From assembly GCA_047285535.1 (NCBI GenBank), contig JBJBDC010000001.1:2528136-2592135 (forward strand): DNA of 64,000 nt. Direction: 5' to 3'. Under the pieces are notes generated by a model that made no database searches, was not told where the DNA came from, and saw nothing but the letters and a program-made list of their open reading frames with translations. This stretch comes from Synechococcus sp. Lineage in GTDB: Bacteria; Cyanobacteriota; Cyanobacteriia; PCC-6307; Cyanobiaceae. Numbering within the stretch: the first letter of the stretch is position 1; every line of letters begins with the position of its first letter. A program made the position numbers and the translations under genes. Shown here piece by piece: positions 48,855-58,233 of the stretch.

Positions 48855-50750
48855 ATGTGCGGCATTGCAGGTTTTTTCGGTGATTTCCCTCAAGCTTGGC
48901 TCAATCAGGCAAACGCCCTGCAAGGGCATCGCGGTCCAGATGATCAAGGTGTCTGGAGTGCTCCATCCGTTGGTTTGGCACATACTCGCTTGGCGATCCT
49001 CGATGTCACCTCCCTCGGCCATCAGCCAATGGCTTCAGTCGATGGACGCTTTCACATCGTTTTCAACGGCGAGATCTACAACTTTCAAGAACTTCGCCAG
49101 GAGTTGGCTTCCAGTGGTTTCGTGTTCTGCAGCCACAGCGACACTGAGGTGTTGCTTGCTCTCTGGCAGCATTGGGGTCCCGCCTGCCTGCCCAAGCTGA
49201 ATGGCATGTTCGTCTTCTCGATCTGGGATGCCGAGCTGAGCGAGCTATTTGTGGTGCGCGATCCCTCCGGGATTAAGCCACTGTTCTGGACCCAGTTGCC
49301 CGAGGGATTGATCTTCGCGAGTGAAGTTAAGGCTCTGGCGCCCCTACTCCACCCCCCGCAGCAGCCTTCAGCTGATGCCTTGTTACGTCAGCTTAGTTAT
49401 CTCTGGTGTCCGGGCCCAGGCACCCTGCATCCCTTGATCCAGAGTCTGGAGCCAGGTTCCTTGCTGCACTGCCGATTGGGTGAGCCTGTCGTGCCAATCC
49501 GCTGGTGCGCCCCGCTCCCTCCAGTGCACCTCGACTTAAAAACCCCCAACTCAGCCACAAAGGCAACTCTGGCTCATTTGCGTAGCGCTGTGCATGGCCA
49601 GATGGTCGCTGATGTGCCATTGGGAGCCTTTCTCTCCGGTGGTCTCGATTCCAGTGCTGTTGTTGCTCTCGCCCGAGAGTGCGATCCAAAGCTGCAGTGC
49701 TTCACGATTGTCAACCCTGGTGCGGCTGAGGCGGGCTTTGCCGACGACCTCCCCTATGCCCGCCATGTCGCCCGCTATCTGGGTGTGAATCTTACGGAAG
49801 TGGAAATTCAGCCCAGCGACCTTGAAGCGGAGCTTCGCTGGATGCTTGCTCAGTTGGATGCTCCCGTGGCCGATCCGGCCCCCCTTAATGTTTGGCATAT
49901 TTGTCGGGCTGCCCGCGGCCAAGGCATCAAGGTGTTGCTCTCCGGAGCCGGTGGCGACGACCTGTTCACGGGGTACCGCCGCCACCTCGCCCTCCAGGCC
50001 GAAGCTGTCTGGGGCTGGTGGCCGCGCCCCTTGCGTCGGGGGCTGCGCTTGGCGAGTTCGGTCATCAGTCAGTGTTCATCTCTCAGCCGTCGTCTTGCCC
50101 GTAGCTTTGAGTTGGCTGATGCAGATCCTCAAGAGCGTCTGATCCACTATTTCCGCTGGAGCTCGCCCACCCACCTTCGTCAGCTGCTTAGTGAGCCGCT
50201 GCAAAGACAACTCCACGACTACTTGGCTGTAAGGCCAATGCAGGATTGGCTTTCAGGCCTGCCACCTGGTCTAAGTCGCCTGCAGCAGATGCTGGCTCTT
50301 GAACAGCGTTTCTTCCTTGCAGATCACAACCTCCACTACACCGATGCCATGTCGATGGCTGCCGGTGTTGAGGTGCGTGTTCCCTTCCTTGATCCCGAGC
50401 TGCTGGCTTTCAGCTGGCGACTGCCCGACCGCTTTAAGCAGCGCGGCCGCTGCGGCAAGTGGGTGCTCAAGCAGGCCATGGCCGACATATTGCCTCACGA
50501 TGTTATTTATCGTTCAAAAACTGGTTTTGGAGCTCCATTAAGGCGTTGGTTGCTGCATGACTTAAGGAGTTTGGTGGAGGAAACCCTCAGTTCTGATCGC
50601 CTCGCTGCGGATGGTTTGTTCAATCCTTTAGCTGTTCATTCACTTCTTGATGATCAGCTCAGTGGTCGGCGCGATGCCACTTATACGATCTGGTCACTTG
50701 TATGCATCACTTTGTGGTGGGAGCGTCAGAGAAGTGCCAGCGATGAATAG
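48855..50750 (+). CDS. asnB: Asparagine synthase (glutamine-hydrolysing)-like amidotransferase
   Basis: N-terminal MCGIAG (Ntn Cys), HRGPD, FNGEIYNF, RD..GIKPL, FLSGGLDSS, LSG.GGD.LF.GY, EVRVPFLD. Confidence 0.92.
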   Translation: MCGIAGFFGDFPQAWLNQANALQGHRGPDDQGVWSAPSVGLAHTRLAILDVTSLGHQPMASVDGRFHIVFNGEIYNFQELRQELASSGFVFCSHSDTEVLLALWQHWGPACLPKLNGMFVFSIWDAELSELFVVRDPSGIKPLFWTQLPEGLIFASEVKALAPLLHPPQQPSADALLRQLSYLWCPGPGTLHPLIQSLEPGSLLHCRLGEPVVPIRWCAPLPPVHLDLKTPNSATKATLAHLRSAVHGQMVADVPLGAFLSGGLDSSAVVALARECDPKLQCFTIVNPGAAEAGFADDLPYARHVARYLGVNLTEVEIQPSDLEAELRWMLAQLDAPVADPAPLNVWHICRAARGQGIKVLLSGAGGDDLFTGYRRHLALQAEAVWGWWPRPLRRGLRLASSVISQCSSLSRRLARSFELADADPQERLIHYFRWSSPTHLRQLLSEPLQRQLHDYLAVRPMQDWLSGLPPGLSRLQQMLALEQRFFLADHNLHYTDAMSMAAGVEVRVPFLDPELLAFSWRLPDRFKQRGRCGKWVLKQAMADILPHDVIYRSKTGFGAPLRRWLLHDLRSLVEETLSSDRLAADGLFNPLAVHSLLDDQLSGRRDATYTIWSLVCITLWWERQRSASDE

Positions 50751-51978
50751 ATATTTGCCCCCTATTGACCTTCAAGTGGCTCTCACATTTCTTGGGTTTT
50801 TAGCTGCCTGGCCGATCTTTTTATTCGTAGGAGGTGGTGATGGACTCAGATTTTCGATGAGTGCCATTCCTTGGCGCGAGTGTTGGCTGGGTCTCCAATC
50901 CTGGACTGGAATCCCGGTTCCTTTGATTTTTCCTGTGTTGGTGGGAGCCTGTCTGTTCGCTGACCCCTGGCGGTCTCTGTTTGGGTTGGTGGGAGCATCT
51001 GCTTTTGCCGCACTGTTGATCAGTGCAGCTGGAATTTCGCGTGGCCTTCAGTTGATCATTCCTTTGGTTTGGTTGGCCTCAGTGCCTCGATGGAATTCGT
51101 CTTCATGGATGCCTTCGCTGCTGCGTGGTTGGTGGATAGGAGCTTTGTGTTTTGTGTTGTTGCAGTTATCTGGTGTTTGGTTTTCGACGGGCTCTCTATT
51201 AATGCGAGCGCGCGCGAGTCAAGTGGCAGGAGCTGCCGGCGACTGGGGTGTTGCAGAGTCCACCCGAATGTGGGGTTTATGTGTCTATCAAGCACTTATT
51301 AGTGTACCTGACTTGCTGATGTATTTGGCCACATTTTTGGCTTTAAAAACTCTGAGTACGATACTTGCGCACTCCCGCTACGGGTTGATTTGGGGTACTG
51401 CATGGATGGTGACTTTGATTGCAGCTTTCAACTCTGGAAGATCGTCAGTGATTCTGATTTTGTTGTTTCAATGGGTCGTTGCCTTCAGTCTTATTTTTGT
51501 CGGTCGATGCAGCCGTTTGCTGATGTTAGTGCCAAGCCTGCCTCTATTGGTACTATTGATGTATTGGGTGGCTTCGCTTAAACCCGTAGTGTTGGATCGA
51601 TTTCTATATAAAATTGGATCAAATCAACTGATGGATCGACTTCCGATCTGGGGAAATGTATCGGAAGCCCTTATCCAATCTCCTAAAATTCTGATGCAAG
51701 GAACTGCAGAATCGCCCCCAGGCACACACAGTTTGATTGGTGATTTGGTCGTGAAGGTTGGACTTCCTCTTGCCTTGGTTTACATCTTGTTTGTGATGGC
51801 TCTTGGTTGCGTCGCTTGGTCGAGTCTTGTCGCAAAATCAAGTGCATGGGCTAAAGCTGGTCTGGGGTTGCTCTTGATTGTTCCGCTTGTCCAGAACCTG
51901 ATTAATGCCAACCTTCTTCAGCCATACAGTTTTGGAAGCTTCCTATTGGCTGCTTTGGCGATTGTGAGCTTTGTATGA
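50743..51978 (+). CDS. Polytopic membrane protein, candidate Wzy polymerase / O-antigen ligase-like
   Basis: About 410 aa with many hydrophobic segments, an SGRS motif and a late soluble loop with R..IW and a His (GTHS); glycan-island context. Confidence 0.55.
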   Translation: MNRYLPPIDLQVALTFLGFLAAWPIFLFVGGGDGLRFSMSAIPWRECWLGLQSWTGIPVPLIFPVLVGACLFADPWRSLFGLVGASAFAALLISAAGISRGLQLIIPLVWLASVPRWNSSSWMPSLLRGWWIGALCFVLLQLSGVWFSTGSLLMRARASQVAGAAGDWGVAESTRMWGLCVYQALISVPDLLMYLATFLALKTLSTILAHSRYGLIWGTAWMVTLIAAFNSGRSSVILILLFQWVVAFSLIFVGRCSRLLMLVPSLPLLVLLMYWVASLKPVVLDRFLYKIGSNQLMDRLPIWGNVSEALIQSPKILMQGTAESPPGTHSLIGDLVVKVGLPLALVYILFVMALGCVAWSSLVAKSSAWAKAGLGLLLIVPLVQNLINANLLQPYSFGSFLLAALAIVSFV

Positions 51979-54077
51979 GACAGATCGTCCAATCACTCTC
52001 TACTGGTCGAACCGAATTACTCGACCTTCCATCACCTGCGCTTAAACGTGGAGAAATTTTAATTCGCACAACGTGTTCCTTAGTGTCAGCGGGCACTGAG
52101 CGCATGCTGATTGATTTCGGTAAGGCCAGTTGGATCGATAAGGCTCGCCAGCAGCCAGACAAAGTGCAGCAGGTGCTTGAAAAAGCACGCACGGATGGGC
52201 TGATCACCACATTGGAGGCGGTTCGCAGCAAACTTGATCAACCCTTGCCTCTGGGTTATTGCAATGTGGGACATGTGGTGGCAGTTGGCGAGGATGTCCG
52301 TGGCTTTGATGTGGGTGATCGGGTCGCATCCAATGGCCCTCATGCCGAGCTGGTGGTTGTCCCGCATCGGCTTTGCGCGCTCATACCTGCAGAGGTTTCT
52401 GATGAGTCGGCGGCCTTCACGGTTTTGGCATCGATTGGCCTTCAAGGGATGCGTCTGGCGGAGCCCATGCTTGGCGAAACCTTTGTGGTTAGTGGTTTGG
52501 GGCTGATCGGTCAGCTCACTGCGCAGTTATTGACAGCTCAAGGCTGTTGCGTGCTGGGCTTAGACCCTGATCCGGAAAAAGTTGCCTTAGCCGAACGCCT
52601 TGGTGTCTCGGCTCTGGATCTGTCGAGTGGTCTTGACCCAGTGGCCTGGAGTCTTGATCGAACTCATGGTGTTGGTGTGGATGGTGTCTTAATCACAGCA
52701 ACCACAGCATCAAGTGAGCCAGTGCATGTGGCGGCCGAAGCGTGCAGGCAGCGTGGCCGCATCGTTTTGGTCGGCGTCACAGGCCTGGAGCTACGCCGTG
52801 ATCTGTTTTACAAAAAGGAGTTGTCTTTTCAGGTGAGCTGTTCCTATGGACCTGGTCGCTATGACTCGGCCTATGAGCAATTGGGGCACGATTACCCAAT
52901 TGGTTTTGTTCGTTGGACAGAACAACGCAATTTCCAGGCGGTCTTGCATGCGCTGGCAACAGGCTCAGTCAGCACTGAAGCGCTCATTTCCCACCGCTTT
53001 CCCATTGAGCAAGCGAGCGAGGCCTACGACTTGCTGACCGGTTCCGAACCTTCGCTGGGCATCTTGCTGACCTATCCAGGCAGTGCGGACGTTCAGCAGC
53101 GCATCATTACCCTGCCCAATGATTCATCCAAGCGAAAGAACTCTCCACAGCCGCACTTGGGGGTGATTGGTGCTGGCAACTATTCGAGTCGAATTCTGCT
53201 CCCCGCCTTTGCCAAGGTTGGAGCTCGTTTCCATACCTTGGTTGGTTCGAGTGGGCTAGCTCCTGCCCTGATGGGCCGCAAATTCGGTTTCCGCCAAGCC
53301 AGTACCAATGTGTCTTCGCTTCTAGATGATTCCTGTTGCAGCACTGTGGTGATCGCTACTCGTCACGACAGCCATGCTGAATTGGTACTGCAGGCCTTGG
53401 CTGCTGGTAAGCATGTGTTCGTGGAAAAACCTCTTTGCCTGACGTTAGAGGAACTCAGTGCAATTGAAGCGTCTCACTCTGGAGAACAACTGCTGATGGT
53501 TGGGTACAACCGACGTTTTGCCCCTCTCGTACATGAGCTTCAAAAGCAGCTGAAACAGCTCAGTGGACCTATGGCGCTTATTTACACCTGCAATGCAGGC
53601 TCTATTCCTGCCGATCATTGGACCCAGGACCCCTCTTTAGGTGGTGGCCGTTTGTTGGGAGAAGCTTGCCACTTTGTTGATTTGATGCGTTGTCTTGTTG
53701 CCAGTCCCATTGATGATTTGAAGCTCAGCACTGCTGCCGACAACAAACCTTGTCCCGATACATTTTCACTGCAACTTCAATTCGCAGAGGGCTCGATCGC
53801 TACCGTCCATTACTTTGCTAATGGAAATAAGTCGTTCCCCAAGGAAAGACTTGAGGTTTTTGCGGCTGGTAAGGTTCTTCAGCTTGAGAATTACCGCAAG
53901 CTTCGGGCCTGGGGTATTCCAGGGTTTCAGACCCGACGCAGTCCCTCACAGAACAAAGGTCAGGTGTCTTGCTGTGCTGCTTTTTTGAAAGCTATCGAAA
54001 CAGGAGGTCCTGCGCCGATTCCATTCCACGAGATTGTTGAGGTACAGCGATGGTTGTTGCAAGCGCTTCAGCCTTGA
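51975..54077 (+). CDS. Bi-domain oxidoreductase (MDR/zinc-ADH-like + Gfo/Idh/MocA)
   Basis: SLVSAGTE, PLGYC.VG, GLGLIGQL, SCSYGPGRYD..YE..G.DYP...VRWTEQRN; second domain GAGNY, ATRH..H, EKP, GEACHF.D. Confidence 0.88.
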   Translation: MRQIVQSLSTGRTELLDLPSPALKRGEILIRTTCSLVSAGTERMLIDFGKASWIDKARQQPDKVQQVLEKARTDGLITTLEAVRSKLDQPLPLGYCNVGHVVAVGEDVRGFDVGDRVASNGPHAELVVVPHRLCALIPAEVSDESAAFTVLASIGLQGMRLAEPMLGETFVVSGLGLIGQLTAQLLTAQGCCVLGLDPDPEKVALAERLGVSALDLSSGLDPVAWSLDRTHGVGVDGVLITATTASSEPVHVAAEACRQRGRIVLVGVTGLELRRDLFYKKELSFQVSCSYGPGRYDSAYEQLGHDYPIGFVRWTEQRNFQAVLHALATGSVSTEALISHRFPIEQASEAYDLLTGSEPSLGILLTYPGSADVQQRIITLPNDSSKRKNSPQPHLGVIGAGNYSSRILLPAFAKVGARFHTLVGSSGLAPALMGRKFGFRQASTNVSSLLDDSCCSTVVIATRHDSHAELVLQALAAGKHVFVEKPLCLTLEELSAIEASHSGEQLLMVGYNRRFAPLVHELQKQLKQLSGPMALIYTCNAGSIPADHWTQDPSLGGGRLLGEACHFVDLMRCLVASPIDDLKLSTAADNKPCPDTFSLQLQFAEGSIATVHYFANGNKSFPKERLEVFAAGKVLQLENYRKLRAWGIPGFQTRRSPSQNKGQVSCCAAFLKAIETGGPAPIPFHEIVEVQRWLLQALQP

Positions 54078-55126
54078 CGTTTCTCGCACGGTTTGATTCG
54101 TTCCGCCTCAGTCGTCACAACCTCTTTGATTGGGTGCGTCTTTATGCAGCCATTCAGGTGTTGATGGTGCATGGACAAAATCATCTGGGTTGGTCATTGC
54201 CGGTTTGGTTTGGGGCTTTCAGTTTTCTGCCAGGGGTGCCAATTTTTTTCTCCATAAGTGGTTTCTTAATCGGTCTCTCTTGGCTTCGCTTGAGTCATAA
54301 CTGGAGGGTTTATGCGTGGAACCGCGCATTGCGAATATTTCCGGCTCTCTGGTTTTGCTTCCTTGTTACTCTTTTGCTTCTCTGGATCGCAGGCGAGAAA
54401 CAGTTTTTACTTTCGCCTCAAGGCGCGTTCTGGATTATTGCACAGGTTTCGGTGGTGCAGTTCTTCAATCCTGAGGCTCTTCGTGGCTTCGGGGTTGGGG
54501 TTGTCAATGGCAGTCTTTGGACCATTCCTGTTGAGATTCAATTCTACATCGCTTTGCCATTGTTGTTGGCTTTTGGGATGCGTTTTAAGCGATTTGTTCG
54601 CCCATGGTTATGGCTTCTCATGGTTGGTATTGTTTCCTATTGCATATGGTTGGCAATTCCTGGTTTAGCGGCTGGCGATTTGTTGATGAGTAAAATAATA
54701 AAGGTAAGTTTATTGCCTCATTTGTTTCAGTTTTTGCTTGGTTTTGCCTTGGTTCCATTGCTTGTTATTTGGGGCCAAATGGTTACTGTTCGCATCCTTT
54801 TGGTGATGTCTGTTGTACTGATTTTTGTCGTCACGTCTTCAGGTGCATCATCGCTTTGGCTTCGGCCACTGCTCTGGGCATGCCTTCCAATTGGTATCGG
54901 CTTGATTCCTTGTCAGTTCATCCGCATTCCGGATTTGTCATATGGCCTATATTTATTTCACATGCCAGTAATCAATTTTCTTGTTTTTTTAGGAATTTTG
55001 GGCTCGCAAAGTCTGGTTCCATGTTTAACTGCTGTGGTCATATTTTCTTTCATTTCCTGGCATTGTGTTGAAAGGCCTGCTTTGTCTTTGAAAAGTGTTT
55101 TTCAAGCTGTCTCTCCTACTGCTTGA
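54050..55126 (+). CDS. Acyltransferase family 3 (OafA-like O-acetyltransferase)
   Basis: D..RL.AA..V...H, GV.IFF.ISGFLI, R.LRIFP, NGSLWT.PVE.QFY, SYG.YL.H.P, VERP. Start may be 54074. Confidence 0.88.
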   Translation: MVVASASALTFLARFDSFRLSRHNLFDWVRLYAAIQVLMVHGQNHLGWSLPVWFGAFSFLPGVPIFFSISGFLIGLSWLRLSHNWRVYAWNRALRIFPALWFCFLVTLLLLWIAGEKQFLLSPQGAFWIIAQVSVVQFFNPEALRGFGVGVVNGSLWTIPVEIQFYIALPLLLAFGMRFKRFVRPWLWLLMVGIVSYCIWLAIPGLAAGDLLMSKIIKVSLLPHLFQFLLGFALVPLLVIWGQMVTVRILLVMSVVLIFVVTSSGASSLWLRPLLWACLPIGIGLIPCQFIRIPDLSYGLYLFHMPVINFLVFLGILGSQSLVPCLTAVVIFSFISWHCVERPALSLKSVFQAVSPTA

Positions 55127-55138
55127 AGGTTTTGTCTA

Positions 55139-56359
55139 ATGACATCTGTTTGTTTGCTTGGTCTCGGTTATATCGGTCTTCCAACAGCAGCAGTTTTGGC
55201 TGGTGCTGGACATTGCGTGACTGGGGTTGATGTCAATGCTCAGGTTGTTGAAACTGTCAATGCGGGTCGAATTCATATCGTTGAGCCTGATCTTGATCAA
55301 GCGGTTGCTGATGTAGTGAGCTCTGGCATGCTCACCGCTCAGCTTCAGCCCAGCCCTGCAGAAGTGTTTCTCATTGCAGTGCCTACACCGTTTCGTCTGG
55401 GAGCCGATGATCTTCCTCAGCCAAATATTGACTATGTGCTATCCGCCGCGAGGGCCGTCGCTCCGGTTCTTCAGCCTGGAAATCTTGTGTTGCTTGAGTC
55501 AACCTCGCCTGTGGGCACTACCGAACTGTTGGCCAAAGTGCTTTCTGAGGTTTCTGGTCTGAGGGCTGATCAGCTTCATGTGGCCTACTGCCCTGAGCGG
55601 GTTCTTCCAGGTCGCATCCTGCACGAGCTCATTGGCAATGATCGGGTGATCGGTGGTTTGTCTCCGGCTGCCGCCAAGGCCGGAAAAATTTTTTATGCCT
55701 CGTTTTGTAAGGGGCAGCTTCTTCAAACAACAGCACGCACTGCTGAATTAGTGAAGCTCACAGAAAATGCTTTCCGTGATGTCAACATTGCGTTCGCTAA
55801 TGAGCTCTCATTGGTTTGCGATCAACTGAAGGTGAATGTGCGTGAGTTGATTCGGCTGGCCAATCATCATCCGCGTGTGAATATTTTGCAGCCGGGCTGT
55901 GGTGTTGGCGGTCATTGCATTGCGGTAGATCCCTGGTTCATTGCTTCGGCAGCTCCTGAATGCACGCCTTTGATTCAGGAGGCTCGTCGCGTCAACGATG
56001 GCAAGAGCCGCTGGGTGATTGAACAGGTGCAGGTTCGTGCGGCTGCTTTGCAGGATGAGTTGGGTCGTCCTCCAAAGATTGGCTGCCTTGGTCTTTCGTT
56101 CAAGCCGGATGTGGATGACTTGCGTGAATCTCCGGCCTTGCACATCACCACGGAGCTTCTTGTTGCTGGCTTGGATGTGTTGGCTTGTGAGCCGAATCTT
56201 CAGGATCACTCCACGATCAAGCTCCATTCCCTCGAGCATGTTTTGGCTGAAGCAGACCTATTGGTCTTTCTCGTGGCTCATACCCCTTTCAAAGGCTTGT
56301 TATTAAAAGACAGATCTGTCTTCGACCTTTGCGGGGTCACCGATCAGAACGACGTGTGA
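55139..56359 (+). CDS. wecC: UDP-ManNAc dehydrogenase family (UDP-sugar 6-dehydrogenase)
   Basis: GLGYIGLPTA, IHIVEPDL, AVPTPF, ESTSPVGTT, YCPERVLPG, KL.EN..RDVNIAFANE, GVGGHCIAVDPWF, FKPDVDDLRESP. Confidence 0.88.
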   Translation: MTSVCLLGLGYIGLPTAAVLAGAGHCVTGVDVNAQVVETVNAGRIHIVEPDLDQAVADVVSSGMLTAQLQPSPAEVFLIAVPTPFRLGADDLPQPNIDYVLSAARAVAPVLQPGNLVLLESTSPVGTTELLAKVLSEVSGLRADQLHVAYCPERVLPGRILHELIGNDRVIGGLSPAAAKAGKIFYASFCKGQLLQTTARTAELVKLTENAFRDVNIAFANELSLVCDQLKVNVRELIRLANHHPRVNILQPGCGVGGHCIAVDPWFIASAAPECTPLIQEARRVNDGKSRWVIEQVQVRAAALQDELGRPPKIGCLGLSFKPDVDDLRESPALHITTELLVAGLDVLACEPNLQDHSTIKLHSLEHVLAEADLLVFLVAHTPFKGLLLKDRSVFDLCGVTDQNDV

Positions 56360-58233
56360 TCCTTTCAGGCAACGGGGCCTCAAAAGCACGCCTTTTTCAC
56401 ACCCTGCGTGATATTGGCCCAAGGAGGCTTCAACGCCGCGTTCGTTATGAACTGCGCCAGCGTCTTGATCGCCGCTTGCCTTCTTCTGTTTCCGCATGGC
56501 TGGCTGGACTGAACAACGAGGAGCTTGGCTGGGGCCTCTCCCTGCAGGATCTTCAGGCCGCTGATCTTGGTGGAAGCACTCAATCACTGACGCAGCCAGG
56601 CTCGATTCATTTCTTGTTCCTTAATCAGCCCCGTGAATTGCTGTGGCCCATTTGTTGGCACGATGAAGATTGGCCTCGACTTTGGCAGTTTCACCTTCAC
56701 TACTTTGATTGGGCCAGGGAATGGTTAGAGAGTGCTTTGGCATCAGGCCGTTGGCCTGATGAAGCCTCTGCCTTAGAGCTGCTGATCGATCGATGGATTG
56801 CTGCGAACCCATGTGGGCGTGGCGATGGATGGCACAGCTACACCCTCTCTCTCCGAATTCGCAACTGGGTTTGGTTGTTTCGGAGTGCTCCACACTTGGC
56901 CTCATCAGATCGATTGCAGTCGCTTTGGCAGCAATTGTGTTGGCTGCAAGCGCATCCGGAGTCTTGCCATGGCGGCAATCATTGGCTGGAAAACCTTCTT
57001 GCACTCGCCATTGGCAGCCTGCAGTTTGTTGGTCTAAGAGCAGAAGCGATGCAGCGTCGCTCGTTGAAGTTGTTGAAGCGGGAAATATGCAGTCAGGTTT
57101 TGGCTGATGGTGGTCATCAAGAACGCTCTGCGGCTTATCACCTCTTGATGCTGGATCGCTTGGTGGAGATGGGATGTGTCTTGATGGCGACTCGGGGAAA
57201 GAGTCCTGATTGGCTGAAGCAATCGATCGATGCCATGGCGACATGGGCTGCTGATGTTCGTCTGGAAGGCGGTCATTTCCCGCGCTTTAACGACAGTGCC
57301 GAGGATGGTGCTCCACCTCTGGATGAAGTGGTTGCCTTTGCTGATGCCTTTCGTTCGCAAAATCCAGCAAAAGCGTTCTCTAGTGGGTGGCCTCATTCTG
57401 GTTTGCGCCGCAAGTTGTTGACCGCTTCTGTTGGGGCGGAGGGAGTCCGAGCTCTCTTAACTCCTGAACAAACCTTCACTCATGCTGTAATTAAGGATCT
57501 TCCTGAGACAGGGTGGACGTTTCTACGCCCAGGGCAAGGATGGGAATTGGTATTCAAATGTGGTGTGCCCTGTCCACCGCATCTCCCAGCGCATGTGCAC
57601 TCTGACCAACTCAGTTTTGAACTCATGCATAAAGGGCAATGGGTTTTCAGCGAAGCTGGAACTAGCCTTTACGGCAACGGTGAGCAGAGGGCATTTGAAC
57701 GTTCTGGTGCGGCACATAACCAGCTCCAGCTAGGCGTTCCCAACGCTTGTGGTGAGGTGGATTGGCTTGAGCCGGTGGAGGTCTGGGGTGGTTTTCGAGC
57801 AGGCCGCAAATCCAAGCCGCGTTTTCGCGACTGTGGTGAGTTGCCTGGCGGAGGGTGTTTTGTGGCTGGCGCTCACGATGGCTTTGACGCCATAGGGGCG
57901 AGTCATCTTCGCCGGATCGAGCTTCGTGAAGCTGCCTCGAACCATCTCTCGATCACTGTTTTGGATCTCGTCAAAACCAAGGTCCCTTTGCACGTTCGCC
58001 AGTGGTGGCATTTGGCTCCTGATTTGGACAAGACCCTCCTGGATGGCTTGAGATTTGATCTCTCTAATGCTGATCAGATCTATGCGAATTGGACCACGAC
58101 GACCTTTGCTCAAGGTTTCGGCCAGCGTGTGCCAAGGCACAGTTTTTGTTTGCGTGGTCTCTTGCCTCCAGGCGAGCATCGTCTACGTGTAGACCTTCCG
58201 GTTACTGCTCCAAATCCTGCTCTGCCGATCTGA
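56356..58233 (+). CDS. Heparinase II/III family protein
   Basis: LW.F.LHYF, Y.LSLRI.NW, NH.LEN, Q.L.DGGH.ERS..YH, P.FND, H.H.D.LSF, R...AHN. The GTG start overlaps the wecC stop. Confidence 0.85.
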   Translation: MILSGNGASKARLFHTLRDIGPRRLQRRVRYELRQRLDRRLPSSVSAWLAGLNNEELGWGLSLQDLQAADLGGSTQSLTQPGSIHFLFLNQPRELLWPICWHDEDWPRLWQFHLHYFDWAREWLESALASGRWPDEASALELLIDRWIAANPCGRGDGWHSYTLSLRIRNWVWLFRSAPHLASSDRLQSLWQQLCWLQAHPESCHGGNHWLENLLALAIGSLQFVGLRAEAMQRRSLKLLKREICSQVLADGGHQERSAAYHLLMLDRLVEMGCVLMATRGKSPDWLKQSIDAMATWAADVRLEGGHFPRFNDSAEDGAPPLDEVVAFADAFRSQNPAKAFSSGWPHSGLRRKLLTASVGAEGVRALLTPEQTFTHAVIKDLPETGWTFLRPGQGWELVFKCGVPCPPHLPAHVHSDQLSFELMHKGQWVFSEAGTSLYGNGEQRAFERSGAAHNQLQLGVPNACGEVDWLEPVEVWGGFRAGRKSKPRFRDCGELPGGGCFVAGAHDGFDAIGASHLRRIELREAASNHLSITVLDLVKTKVPLHVRQWWHLAPDLDKTLLDGLRFDLSNADQIYANWTTTTFAQGFGQRVPRHSFCLRGLLPPGEHRLRVDLPVTAPNPALPI

